This document shows positions 38,631 through 48,066 of a stretch of 64,000 nucleotides of DNA, piece by piece. Origin of the DNA: an uncultured Gammaproteobacteria bacterium (lineage in GTDB: Bacteria > Patescibacteriota > Microgenomatia > JALYQM01); the NCBI GenBank assembly GCA_964535655.1, contig CAZHTP010000003.1, forward strand, positions 1,186 through 65,185, given 5' to 3'. The first letter of the stretch is position 1, and each line of letters opens with the position of its first letter. The notes under the pieces are model-generated. The model was not told where the DNA came from. It saw only the letters and a program-made list of their open reading frames with translations, and did not search any database. The translations under genes were made by a program, and so were the position numbers.

Positions 38631-39472
38631 TTTCCTCCCATAATTAATAGATATGTTACAAAGCCTGCTATGTTATTTATGTAGGGATATCCCCAATATA
38701 CTTTACTGATATTACTACTAGGTTTAACTAAAAGCACTAAAGGAATACTTGGATAAATTAAAGTGAGTAAATTAAAAGGGTTAAGAACTGATTTATATAT
38801 AAGTATCGCACTAAAAATTCCCCAGAAAATTGTACATACTATAAGACTTTTACTTTTTCCTAAAAAAACCGCTGAAGTGATGATCTTAGCTTTGCTGTCC
38901 GGCTCGATATCTGGAATCGCTGAGAATAAATGCATAGCAAAAGCCCAACTTGCGAAAGCTACTATAAGCATGATCTCTGGAAGATGTCTTGTCGCTTGTA
39001 CATAGCCAATGATGCCAGGAAGGATATATAGGATATTGGAAAGGAAGTCAAAAAAAGGACGTGATTTAAAGCGAACTGGTGGGGCGCTATAGCAATAGCT
39101 TAGTAGTACAAATAATAGAAACAACAATTTAAGTAGTAGGTTACTTTGAGTAACTGCTATCGTTGCGCTAAGAATTGTAGTTATCATGAGAATGTTGCGC
39201 AGATATAGCTTCTGGGAACTTTGAAGTAACAGTTCTTTATCTTTTTTTTTGGGGTTAAGCACATCTGTATCACTATCAAAATAATCGTTGATACCATATA
39301 AAAATATATTTGCGATAAAGAGAAAATATGTTACATTCATAATAAAATTTAGGCTTGTGTATGATTCGATACTACGAATCCCCGCTGAAAATCCAATCAT
39401 GTACGTACCACCTAAATATAACCAAAAACGCGGTCTTGAAAGCTTAACCAGATCGTTAAAACTAAATCTCAT
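38627..39472 (-). CDS. UbiA-family prenyltransferase (lycopene elongase-like)
   Basis: Asp-rich 'NDYFDSDTD' and second 'DIEPD' motif. 8-9 TM segments. Overlaps crtB and GT2. Confidence 0.6.
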   Translation of the reverse strand: MRFSFNDLVKLSRPRFWLYLGGTYMIGFSAGIRSIESYTSLNFIMNVTYFLFIANIFLYGINDYFDSDTDVLNPKKKDKELLLQSSQKLYLRNILMITTILSATIAVTQSNLLLKLLFLLFVLLSYCYSAPPVRFKSRPFFDFLSNILYILPGIIGYVQATRHLPEIMLIVAFASWAFAMHLFSAIPDIEPDSKAKIITSAVFLGKSKSLIVCTIFWGIFSAILIYKSVLNPFNLLTLIYPSIPLVLLVKPSSNISKVYWGYPYINNIAGFVTYLLIMGGK

Positions 39473-40301
39473 AGCGATTTCCTTTTAAAGTATTTACTAT
39501 AATTTGAATTAGAACTTTACTCTTTGATGGTTTTAGGCTCTTTTTGTATATGAGAAATGGGTTTTTTGAAATTTTCTCGATTGTCCATTTATACATATCT
39601 GAAGCGGTCTGAATTGGTATACTGTAGCGAACAGGAATGTATTTAAAACCTTTTTCAGCTTCATTTTGCCAGCACCAGTAGTGGTCAATTTGCAGGGCCA
39701 TGAATTTTTTAAAAAGATTTTCATTGTCTCTTGCTGTCTGTTCACTTAACTCTTTGAGTCCTATATTTTTCATTTCTTCTACGGGGAGATATTGTCTTCC
39801 TAGTTGAATATCTTCTGCAATATCACGAATAAAGTTAGCATACTGCATTGACTTTCCGAGAAGTTGAGCGTAACGATACGATTCTGGACTTAACGAAAGT
39901 ATTTTTGCCATAAACAAACCGATTACTTCTGCTGAACCGTACATGTATTTTTCGGAGTCTTGAAGCGTCATACAAGGAATGGCCTGCAAATCTGATTCCA
40001 TACTGTATAGAAATGATCTGACCCATTCGTCATTAAACCCGTATTTTTTAGAGAGTTGAAAAAAATTAGAAATAGTTGGATTATTCGTGTATTTGTTGCT
40101 CAGAGCATTTTCCGTTTCTTGTTTAAAATTTAAAAATTCTACTTTTTTTTGCGGGATTGTGTCGACTAAATTATCTGCCTCTCTGACATATCGATATAGT
40201 GTAAATACATCAGATTTAACTGGCTCGGGAAAAAAGAGACTCGAATAAAAGTAAGTCCTGCTTCCATTTTTGAATGTTTTATATGCGTCTTTGTCGATCA
40301 T
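39462..40301 (-). CDS. crtB: Phytoene/squalene synthase family (phytoene synthase)
   Basis: Isoprenoid synthase fold. 'YMYGSAEVIGLFM', 'IRDIAEDIQLGRQYLP'. Confidence 0.75.
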   Translation of the reverse strand: MIDKDAYKTFKNGSRTYFYSSLFFPEPVKSDVFTLYRYVREADNLVDTIPQKKVEFLNFKQETENALSNKYTNNPTISNFFQLSKKYGFNDEWVRSFLYSMESDLQAIPCMTLQDSEKYMYGSAEVIGLFMAKILSLSPESYRYAQLLGKSMQYANFIRDIAEDIQLGRQYLPVEEMKNIGLKELSEQTARDNENLFKKFMALQIDHYWCWQNEAEKGFKYIPVRYSIPIQTASDMYKWTIEKISKNPFLIYKKSLKPSKSKVLIQIIVNTLKGNRYEI

Positions 40302-41764
40302 ATCTTTTTTTCAATTTCCTTAGCGACAACTGTAGAAGAAATAATGGTCATTGGTAAGCCAATACCTGGATGAGTATATTGACCAGTGTAAAAAAGATTC
40401 CTTACTTTTTTACTCTGATGCTTAGGGCGAAAAATTGCGCTCTGCATTAATGTATGGGTAAGCCCTAATGCCGTTCCTTTATATGCGTTATACCGGCTAG
40501 TAAAATCGTTATGCGCAAATATTTTTTTAAACACGATGTGTGACTTTAGATCCTCTTCGAGTAAGTTTTCAAGGTGCGTCATTATTTTTGTGTAATATTT
40601 TTCGCGAATTTCTTCAGTATCTTCAAGTCCTGGAGCGACTGGAACTAAGATAAAAATATTTTCTGATCCAGCTGGCGCCACTGTTGAGTCAGTTTTTGAT
40701 GGACAGCATACATAGTAAGAAGGGCGATCAGGCCATTCCGGTTTTTCAAAAATTGAATCAAAATGTTTAATCCAATCATTCTCTAAGAATAAATTATGAT
40801 GATTAAGTTTTGGTAATTTCTTGTTAACACCTAAGTAGATAATAAATGCTGAAGGAGCAATAGTTTTTTTCTTCCAATATTTTTCCGGATATGTTTGATA
40901 TTTTTTCTCGAGTAATTTTGTTTCTGCAAAAGCATAATCTGCATTAACTACTACATAGTCGGCACTATATTCTTGGTCTTTAGTAATTACTTTTTTTGCA
41001 ACCCCGTTTTCCACCACTATTTTCTGTACTTCTTGATTGTAGTTAATCGCAACTCCTTGTTCTTTGGCAACCGAAACTAGCCCTTCTACAATCTTCCCGA
41101 ATCCTCCCATTGGATAAAAGACGCCTTGATTAAAATCAATATGTGCCATTAGTGCATATAAGGCAGGGGTATTTTTAGGTGTACCTCCAAGAAAAACAAT
41201 GTTATATTGCAAAATCTTCCTTACTTTGTCTGTCGAAAAATATCGTCGAGTGTATTTATCGATGCTATCAAAAATGTGTAAGGTTGATCCTTCTTTAGCA
41301 AGCTTTGCATCAAAAAAATCAAAAATTGAACCATACTCCCGATACAAGAAGCGTTCCATTGATACATTAAATTGATATTCTGCAATTTTTAAATAGTCTT
41401 TTAGTTTCTCTGCACTTCCCGATTCTAGTGATTCAAATAATTGTAGGTTTTTTTCTAAAGACGCACTTATATCTACGCTTTCAGTTTTATTAAAGAAAAT
41501 TCGGTAGGAAGGGTCGAGTCGAACTGGATCGTAGTAATCATTCTCAGTTTTGCCAAATTCAGCAAAATATCTTTGAAATACTTCACGAATAAGATACCAC
41601 GATGGGCCCATGTCAAAACGGAATCCATTTTCCTCAAAAACAGATGCCCGACCTCCGGCACTTTCATTCTTTTCTAAAATGGTTACTTGATGTCCTTGTT
41701 TTGCCAGTAAAGCAGCGGCAGAAAGCCCTCCGAAACCTGCACCGATTACAATACACTTTTTCAT
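40298..41764 (-). CDS. crtI: Phytoene desaturase (FAD-dependent)
   Basis: N-terminal 'KKCIVIGAGFGGLSAAALLAKQGHQVTILEKNESAGGRA'. 488 aa. Confidence 0.8.
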   Translation of the reverse strand: MKKCIVIGAGFGGLSAAALLAKQGHQVTILEKNESAGGRASVFEENGFRFDMGPSWYLIREVFQRYFAEFGKTENDYYDPVRLDPSYRIFFNKTESVDISASLEKNLQLFESLESGSAEKLKDYLKIAEYQFNVSMERFLYREYGSIFDFFDAKLAKEGSTLHIFDSIDKYTRRYFSTDKVRKILQYNIVFLGGTPKNTPALYALMAHIDFNQGVFYPMGGFGKIVEGLVSVAKEQGVAINYNQEVQKIVVENGVAKKVITKDQEYSADYVVVNADYAFAETKLLEKKYQTYPEKYWKKKTIAPSAFIIYLGVNKKLPKLNHHNLFLENDWIKHFDSIFEKPEWPDRPSYYVCCPSKTDSTVAPAGSENIFILVPVAPGLEDTEEIREKYYTKIMTHLENLLEEDLKSHIVFKKIFAHNDFTSRYNAYKGTALGLTHTLMQSAIFRPKHQSKKVRNLFYTGQYTHPGIGLPMTIISSTVVAKEIEKKI

Positions 41765-41772
41765 TTTTCTCC

Positions 41773-42351
41773 TTATGTATATTTAATTGCTCGCAAAATA
41801 AATGAATGAATTTCATCAACTAGCTTCACAGCATTTTCACCTTTAGGGACATGCGGATAATATTCGAGAACAAATCCATTTATGGCATGTGCAATAAATT
41901 TAGCGTCTTTTTTTACGTCGACACAATTAAATTCTCGATTCTTTTCGCCCTTCTTAAGCACCTCTTCAATATGTAAGTATGCTTTTTCCGGAATATAGCC
42001 ACTACCAATCGCTGGAAAAATATCACGGGTATATAAATAGTATTTTAAAATTGCTACGACTTGTGTAGCATGTTCGAACTGAAATTGTATTCGTTGCTTC
42101 AAATCCTCGCTTGCAGTATTGGTTGAGTGAAGTTTTTTTCTTTGGATTCCTAAATCTTTACTCACAATACGAAACATTTTTTTTAGGAGTTGATCTTTGT
42201 TTATAAAGTAATGATAGATAACCGATGGTACAATTCCAACTTTGTCGGCAAGATCTCGAATATTAAATCCTTCCTCACCTCGCAATGCGAACATCTTTGT
42301 TGTCTCTTGGATTATTCTTTCTTCAGTAGTACTATTTTTATCGTAGAACAT
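41773..42351 (-). CDS. TetR/AcrR family transcriptional regulator
   Basis: N-terminal HTH 'FNIRDLADKVGIVPSVIYHYFINKDQLL'. Confidence 0.7.
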   Translation of the reverse strand: MFYDKNSTTEERIIQETTKMFALRGEEGFNIRDLADKVGIVPSVIYHYFINKDQLLKKMFRIVSKDLGIQRKKLHSTNTASEDLKQRIQFQFEHATQVVAILKYYLYTRDIFPAIGSGYIPEKAYLHIEEVLKKGEKNREFNCVDVKKDAKFIAHAINGFVLEYYPHVPKGENAVKLVDEIHSFILRAIKYT

Positions 42352-42396
42352 TTGTTCTATTTTACTTAATTTATTTTAGTAAAGCAATAAAGTGTT

Positions 42397-42867
42397 CTAA
42401 TTGAGCCACCAAATGGCAGCATTTAGAATTGTAGCGAAAGATACCCACCCAGCGTACGGTAAGAGGAGATAGGCAGCTGTTTTTGATGTTTTTTTGAACG
42501 TATGGATTGTCATAACTATCGTGAATAAGAATAGAAGAATCTCTATCAGGGCAATTCCAGGACTTTTTAATCCAAAAAATAAAAATGACCATAAGACATT
42601 CAATACTAATTGGATCCAGAACCAGAATAAATTGCCATTTTTACGCCATACTATTCCTAAAGAAATTCCCATAAGAAGAAACAATATTGTCCATACTGGT
42701 CCAAATAACCAGTTGGGAGGATTAAAGAATGGTTTATTGAGGTATAGATACCAAGAATTGATTGAGTTTATGGTAGCGGGTGTGGGAATGTTTCCTACTA
42801 ACTCACAAAAGAGAATTGAGCATATATATGTTATAACCGGATATTTTTTAAATAGTTGAGTAGCCAT
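42397..42867 (-). CDS. tspO: TspO/MBR (tryptophan-rich sensory protein, CrtK-like)
   Basis: Five TM segments. 'NPPNWLFGPVWTILFLLMG' and the Trp-rich pattern. Confidence 0.75.
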   Translation of the reverse strand: MATQLFKKYPVITYICSILFCELVGNIPTPATINSINSWYLYLNKPFFNPPNWLFGPVWTILFLLMGISLGIVWRKNGNLFWFWIQLVLNVLWSFLFFGLKSPGIALIEILLFLFTIVMTIHTFKKTSKTAAYLLLPYAGWVSFATILNAAIWWLN

Positions 42868-42934
42868 GTATAGAGTATATTCGATTTCTTTGGATTATTG
42901 CTATTCCTAATTTGTTTACCTTATAATTACTATA

Positions 42935-43965
42935 ATGAAATCATTATTGGTAGGTATATTCGTGCTGGTAATTGGAGTACTTGCCGGGTGTGTTCCAAAA
43001 ACTAATTCTACATCTATTCCGTCAACTACCCCCTCACCTACGGCTCAAACGTCTTTATTACTTAAACTTCGAGTCCATCGCCAAGTGCAACGATCAAGGT
43101 CACTTCCAAAGCTTCATCAACTGCTTCCCCTACTAAAACTGCAGCTGCAACAGCTAAGCCTTCTAGTACCCAAAGCTCTGCAACATCGTCTCCATCCTCG
43201 AGTTCAACAACAGTGACTGCAACTTCAACGCCTACCAGGTATCCCACTCCGGTTACAACCGCTACTCCGCCCAATAATTCTGGAACTATAACAGTGTCCC
43301 CTACTTCAATAACGCAAACCGTAGATAGGTCTCAATCAGGTGGTGGTGTAATTGCGCTTAACTCTTATACAATCACCAGTCAAGGAGCTGACTACTATAA
43401 TATTATTCGGGTTGGTAGCGGATCAGCCTTTTCTAGTACTGGTGGAAGTGGCGGGATGACTACTGGTCTTTCTCGAACAATTCCAGTAAACCTCAATGAA
43501 TCGGGTATCTCAAATGGCACGTATACCCAGTCGTTTATTGTTCAATATGGCAAAAATGGTACTACTTACAGTGGTCCGACTGTTACATACACTGTGACAT
43601 TAACAGGATCTTCACCTTCTCATTTACTTACAACGAGCACCACGTCAATTAACGAAACATTGAGTAAATCGAGCCCAGGCGCTTCGACCGCTGTTCAAGG
43701 CAATGGTTTTACTTTGACCAGTTTAGGAGCTGACTCGTACTCGATTGATACTCATTATGCAGATACTGATACTTTTCATACTATTGCTTTTGATCCGCTC
43801 AGCGGAAATTTAACTTCCGGGCAAACGGTAACCATTCGCCCACGAGCTGGTATAGGAATGCCAAATGGAACCTATAGTAGTTATGTACTCGTTAGGTATT
43901 ATAAGAATAGTTTAACCGTCGAGAATCCAATTACTGTCAACTATACAATTACAGTAACCGATTAA
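42935..43965 (+). pseudogene. Lipoprotein with S/T/P-rich linker and two ~100-aa repeat domains, interrupted by a frameshift near 43055-43066
   Basis: Lipobox 'LAGC'. Frame 1 (42935..) makes sense up to 'PSTTPSPTAQTS' and then reads 'LLLKLRVHRQ'. Frame 2 is open from 43066 ('TSSPSPSATIKVTSKASSTASP...') and continues into the 250-aa ORF. Confidence 0.45.
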
Positions 43966-43992
43966 AACGAGGCTTAAAATATACTTATAAAG

Positions 43993-44826
43993 ATGAACCG
44001 TACATATAAAAAGATTTTTATTATCCTTTTTACCTTATTAATTTTAGCTGCTATATATATTTATGTCATTCTAAAACCAAGTAATTCCCGTAACTGGGAA
44101 TTTGGTATGGAAACCCTTCCTCATTTTAAGATAACTGATTCGACGGTAACCGTTTCTCATATTCGCGACAATGAATATACTGGGAAAGAATTTAAGCTTC
44201 ACTTTTTTGACCACGAGTATGAAACGAAAAATATTTCAAAGGTCTGGTTTGTAGTTTCTAAATTTTCTGGATTTAGTGGAATTGCCCATACTTATTTCAT
44301 TTTTGATATGAAAGATTCGGATCCAATAACGGTTTCAGTTGAGGCTCGTCGTGAGAAAGGTGAAGATTACAGTATTCCAGGTGGACTATTTAACAAATTT
44401 GAATTGATGTATGTTTGGGCAAGTGAACGTGATTCTGTCGTTCGGCGAACAGTTATTGGAAAGGATAAAGTATACATGTATCCATTGGCGATATCTGATT
44501 CAGCAGCACAGCAATTATTTTTACAGTTAGCACGAAGATCAGAATCGATTGAAACTGCTCCTCGCTTTTATAATACGCTATTAAGTAACTGTACGAACGA
44601 ACTAGCAAAAAGTGCAAATGATGTGAAGCCAGGAACAATTCCTCTTACTATCTCGCTTATTCTACCGGGATATTCGGCAAGAGATTTGTATAAACTCGGC
44701 TATATTACTGGAGAAGGTTCAATTGAGCAGATTGAATCAAAACATTATATTACTGATTTTGTATCGCACCATTATATGGATGGCGATTTAACGAATGAAA
44801 TTCGTTCATTTCTTCTTAACAATTAA
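43993..44826 (+). CDS. Membrane-anchored hypothetical protein (DUF4105-like)
   Basis: N-terminal TM anchor, 277 aa. Family assignment is tentative. Confidence 0.35.
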   Translation: MNRTYKKIFIILFTLLILAAIYIYVILKPSNSRNWEFGMETLPHFKITDSTVTVSHIRDNEYTGKEFKLHFFDHEYETKNISKVWFVVSKFSGFSGIAHTYFIFDMKDSDPITVSVEARREKGEDYSIPGGLFNKFELMYVWASERDSVVRRTVIGKDKVYMYPLAISDSAAQQLFLQLARRSESIETAPRFYNTLLSNCTNELAKSANDVKPGTIPLTISLILPGYSARDLYKLGYITGEGSIEQIESKHYITDFVSHHYMDGDLTNEIRSFLLNN

Positions 44827-44882
44827 TTTTTACGCTTACGAAGTAGCACTAGTTCATAAAATCGCTCTATATCTCTCTTGCA

Positions 44883-45581
44883 TTGAGTACCAAACTCTTT
44901 CTATACTATAGGTACATATTTTTTATGAATCGTATTTTACTTCAGATTACTTTTTACTCTCTTGCTGGATTTCTCATTGTCTTTGGCTATTTATACATGG
45001 ACAAATCGAGCGTTGCGTATTCTCTACGCAAGCAGTCAGAATCTTACGCCGATTCTGAACCTTCAGCAGCACCAAAATCTTTAATTTTATACGCAGATCA
45101 GGTAGTAAACTTTGATGGGTTGACTCTTGTTGATGGTGGACGAGCTAATGCTTGGATCGGAACTAGGGCAAAAGACACCTCAATTTTAGGATTACATTTT
45201 AGTAATCTAAAAATTCCACCTCAAACAAATGTCTCTCAAGCGACGTTAACCCTAACTGCTGCGACCGGGAAAGCATCTCCTTTTTCGGCAATTCTTTTTG
45301 CAGAAAAATCCGATTCTCCCCTTCTTTTTAGTAAAGAGAACGCGCCTTCAACGAGGCTTTTAACTCAAAACTTTCTACCAATTGAAAGACTTGCTGCCGT
45401 GCAAAACGGAGAAGCTATCGTATCAGGAAACATCAATGCAGTAGTAAATGAAGCGCTGCATATGTCTCCGGCTCCTACTACTCTCAATTTAATTATTTCA
45501 GGCGTTGGATTAAAAAATGCATACCGAGTTATTGAATCTATTGACCCTGATATTCGCCCTTCTTTGAGTGTTACTTATTAG
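44883..45581 (+). CDS. Secreted hypothetical protein (DNRLRE-like domain, distant paralog of 13128..13871)
   Basis: N-terminal TM/signal. 'SQATLTLTAATGK' block parallels 'KAELTLHTIDESKNG' of the earlier protein. Confidence 0.3.
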   Translation: MSTKLFLYYRYIFFMNRILLQITFYSLAGFLIVFGYLYMDKSSVAYSLRKQSESYADSEPSAAPKSLILYADQVVNFDGLTLVDGGRANAWIGTRAKDTSILGLHFSNLKIPPQTNVSQATLTLTAATGKASPFSAILFAEKSDSPLLFSKENAPSTRLLTQNFLPIERLAAVQNGEAIVSGNINAVVNEALHMSPAPTTLNLIISGVGLKNAYRVIESIDPDIRPSLSVTY

Positions 45582-46945
45582 TGGAGATATCTGAGCCAAA
45601 GCACGAAAAAAGTGACAATTGAGTTAATAACGACAAGAGGAAGCCCAATCATTAAATATTTCATAAATGGAATATGTATGCCTTCTTTTTCTCCTTGCCC
45701 GAGAGCCACCACATTGCACGCAGCCCCAATTGGAGACCCAGCTCCTCCTAACGATGTTCCAAGGTTCAGTGCCCACCAAAGTGGGTATACTGCTAGGCCT
45801 TGGGCGGCCATTTGTTGCACTGCGCCGACCATCGTTATGTTATAGGGAACGTTATCAATAAAGGTTGAGATAATTCCTGACCCAATAGATAAGAAACCTA
45901 GTAAGTATGAAATATTTCCTCCCGTAACCGAGACTAAGGTTTGAGCTAGCAAGTCAATGACTTTTGTAAATTCGAGCGCACCAACTATTATGAATAACCC
46001 CGAGAAAAAGAAAATTATTTCCCAATCAATTAATCTTGAAAAAACTTCTTTAGGCTCGTTTCGAAACAGGAACATAACTAGGAAGGCGGCGCACAAGGAG
46101 ATGCTCGCATTATCAAGTGTTATGTTAAAAATATTTTTGATTGTCTCTTTTAAGACCATTAACAAAATAGTGAGGAATAAAATTGGTATACCAAATTTTA
46201 GTACTTTTTTGTTTTTTATTGCCGATTTTGGATCAAACAATGCTACATCGGACTCTGATATTTTAACTGCAGATAGTTGCTTCCGAAAAACAAGTATTAA
46301 GTACGTGATTGAAACTACCGAGAGAATTAGTACCGTTAAGCCTGAATTCTCTACTACTTCAAAAAACTTCAGCCCTACTACTTTTGCTTGATAATATGTG
46401 GTTGGATCCGAAATAGGTGACATTGCACCACCAATGTTTGCCATAGTAATTATTGCTATAAAATACGGCATGGCAGGGAGCTTTAGCTCTTTTATGAGGA
46501 CTAACAGAATTGGGGTTACGATCAAAACAGTTGGGATATTTGAAAGAGTGGCGGTCATGAATAAAGTTAAATAGCTCATGGCGATTAAGAGTGGAATTGG
46601 CTTTCCTTTAACTTTTTTTACTATCCAGATTGCTATTGCCTCGAATAGACCCGATTCTCTTACTATCCCCACCAGAATCATCATACCTACTACAAATCCT
46701 AATACATCCAAATTACGACTTATAAATTCGAAAGCCTGTTCTTGCGAGGTATGCGTTGCCGTTCTAAAAACCTGCATAAAAATTAGGAAACAAGCGCCAA
46801 ATACCGCAACAATTACCTTATTGATTTTTTCAGTAATAAGAAGTGAATAAACAACCACAAGCACTAGGATTGAAAGGAAAGAAAAAGAAGTTAAGGCGAT
46901 ATGCTCCATACTCTTATTATTGCTGTAAATCCATTCCGAGAGCAA
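45578..46945 (-). CDS. ArsB/NhaD-superfamily anion permease
   Basis: 12+ TM. 'LNLGTSLGGAGSPIGAACNVVALG' hairpin-type motif. 455 aa. Confidence 0.55.
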   Translation of the reverse strand: MLSEWIYSNNKSMEHIALTSFSFLSILVLVVVYSLLITEKINKVIVAVFGACFLIFMQVFRTATHTSQEQAFEFISRNLDVLGFVVGMMILVGIVRESGLFEAIAIWIVKKVKGKPIPLLIAMSYLTLFMTATLSNIPTVLIVTPILLVLIKELKLPAMPYFIAIITMANIGGAMSPISDPTTYYQAKVVGLKFFEVVENSGLTVLILSVVSITYLILVFRKQLSAVKISESDVALFDPKSAIKNKKVLKFGIPILFLTILLMVLKETIKNIFNITLDNASISLCAAFLVMFLFRNEPKEVFSRLIDWEIIFFFSGLFIIVGALEFTKVIDLLAQTLVSVTGGNISYLLGFLSIGSGIISTFIDNVPYNITMVGAVQQMAAQGLAVYPLWWALNLGTSLGGAGSPIGAACNVVALGQGEKEGIHIPFMKYLMIGLPLVVINSIVTFFVLWLRYLH

Positions 46946-47372
46946 GGGCTTTTTTAATTTCGGTTCGAGTTATAATGCCAACTAACTTTCCGTTTTCAAC
47001 TACAGGCACTATATACAAATCATTTTTTAAAAAATCAGCGGTAACTGCAAGAATATTTGTTGACATTGTAACTTGAGTGTACGAAGTTCTCATAAGTTCT
47101 TTAACTTTTTTACCTTTTATAGACCGGCATTGCTCATGGAAAAATCCTTTTTTGTACATGGCTAAGGATAAATTAAGATTATCTTGAAATTCTATCGGTA
47201 CCGTGGCTGCTGCTACATCCTGAAGTGATAATATGCCAACAATTTTATTATTTTTATCGACGACAACATATCCATTATGATCGTTATTTAGTATACCTTT
47301 AACGGCCATTTCAATAGTTTGATCTTCGTTAATTGTAGTTACCTCGGGATGGTAAATATCTGATATAAGCAT
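46917..47372 (-). CDS. CBS-pair domain protein
   Basis: Two CBS motifs ('VVVDKNNKIVGILSLQDV', 'VPVVENGKLVGIITRTEI'). Confidence 0.7.
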   Translation of the reverse strand: MLISDIYHPEVTTINEDQTIEMAVKGILNNDHNGYVVVDKNNKIVGILSLQDVAAATVPIEFQDNLNLSLAMYKKGFFHEQCRSIKGKKVKELMRTSYTQVTMSTNILAVTADFLKNDLYIVPVVENGKLVGIITRTEIKKALALGMDLQQ

Positions 47373-47448
47373 TTAAAAGTATTATATACTCTTTTTATGG
47401 AGAAGGAATATGTCTGTGTGTTTGTGCCAAAGCATTAAACTTATTTGT

Positions 47449-47482
47449 ACAAAAAACTCCCGGGTTATCGGGAGTCTTTTTA
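47449..47482. terminator. Bidirectional rho-independent terminator
   Basis: A6-CTCCCG-ggttat-CGGGAG-TCTTTTT. Serves the minus-strand gene ending at 47494. Confidence 0.6.
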
Positions 47483-47493
47483 TATGTTTTTAA

Positions 47494-47880
47494 TCATTGA
47501 ATATCTATATTATTCTGCTTCGCCCAGACTTCAAGCTCGGTTCGCTTCTTAAGCGTAGCTGCTTTTCGCTCTTCGTGCGTCATATTTTTCATATTCTGCA
47601 TATCTGTTTTTTGTAAAGAAATTATTTCTTTATGTTTGGCTAAGATTAAGTCTTTTTGTGCCTTGGTAATTTTACCAATCGTAACATTCTGCGTTAGCTG
47701 TGCATCATATTTATTTTCTCGCTGTGCTTTCCTATCGGCATGGTCCTGGTCAAAAACTGCCTGAACGTCCGACTGATTTAAATTGAACTTTACTGAGATT
47801 TTTTGTACTAGTGAAGATACAGGATTTGCCGTATCAGTCGTTGCGGCACTTGTCGCTTTCGTGACTCCCAAAAAATCCAA
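47494..47880 (-). CDS. Hypothetical helical protein (possible frameshifted secreted protein extending to 47953)
   Basis: 128-aa ORF with TTG start. A 38-aa ORF starting at ATG 47951-47953 encodes a signal/TM peptide and runs into the same region in a different frame across an A6/T6 run (47870-47875). Confidence 0.4.
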   Translation of the reverse strand: MDFLGVTKATSAATTDTANPVSSLVQKISVKFNLNQSDVQAVFDQDHADRKAQRENKYDAQLTQNVTIGKITKAQKDLILAKHKEIISLQKTDMQNMKNMTHEERKAATLKKRTELEVWAKQNNIDIQ

Positions 47881-48066
47881 CCCCAGTAATTATTACAGCC
47901 AAAGTGGCAATTCCAATTTTTTTCTTAACATCTATGCTTTTATTCTTTTCCATATAGTTACTTCTGTTTTATTACCTATAATTTAGACTTCCAGCCGGTT
48001 GTCTGCCCCCTTTGTCAGGGTAGACACACTGTACCAGTTGGACCTTGGGATTAGCTGAAAGACTCG

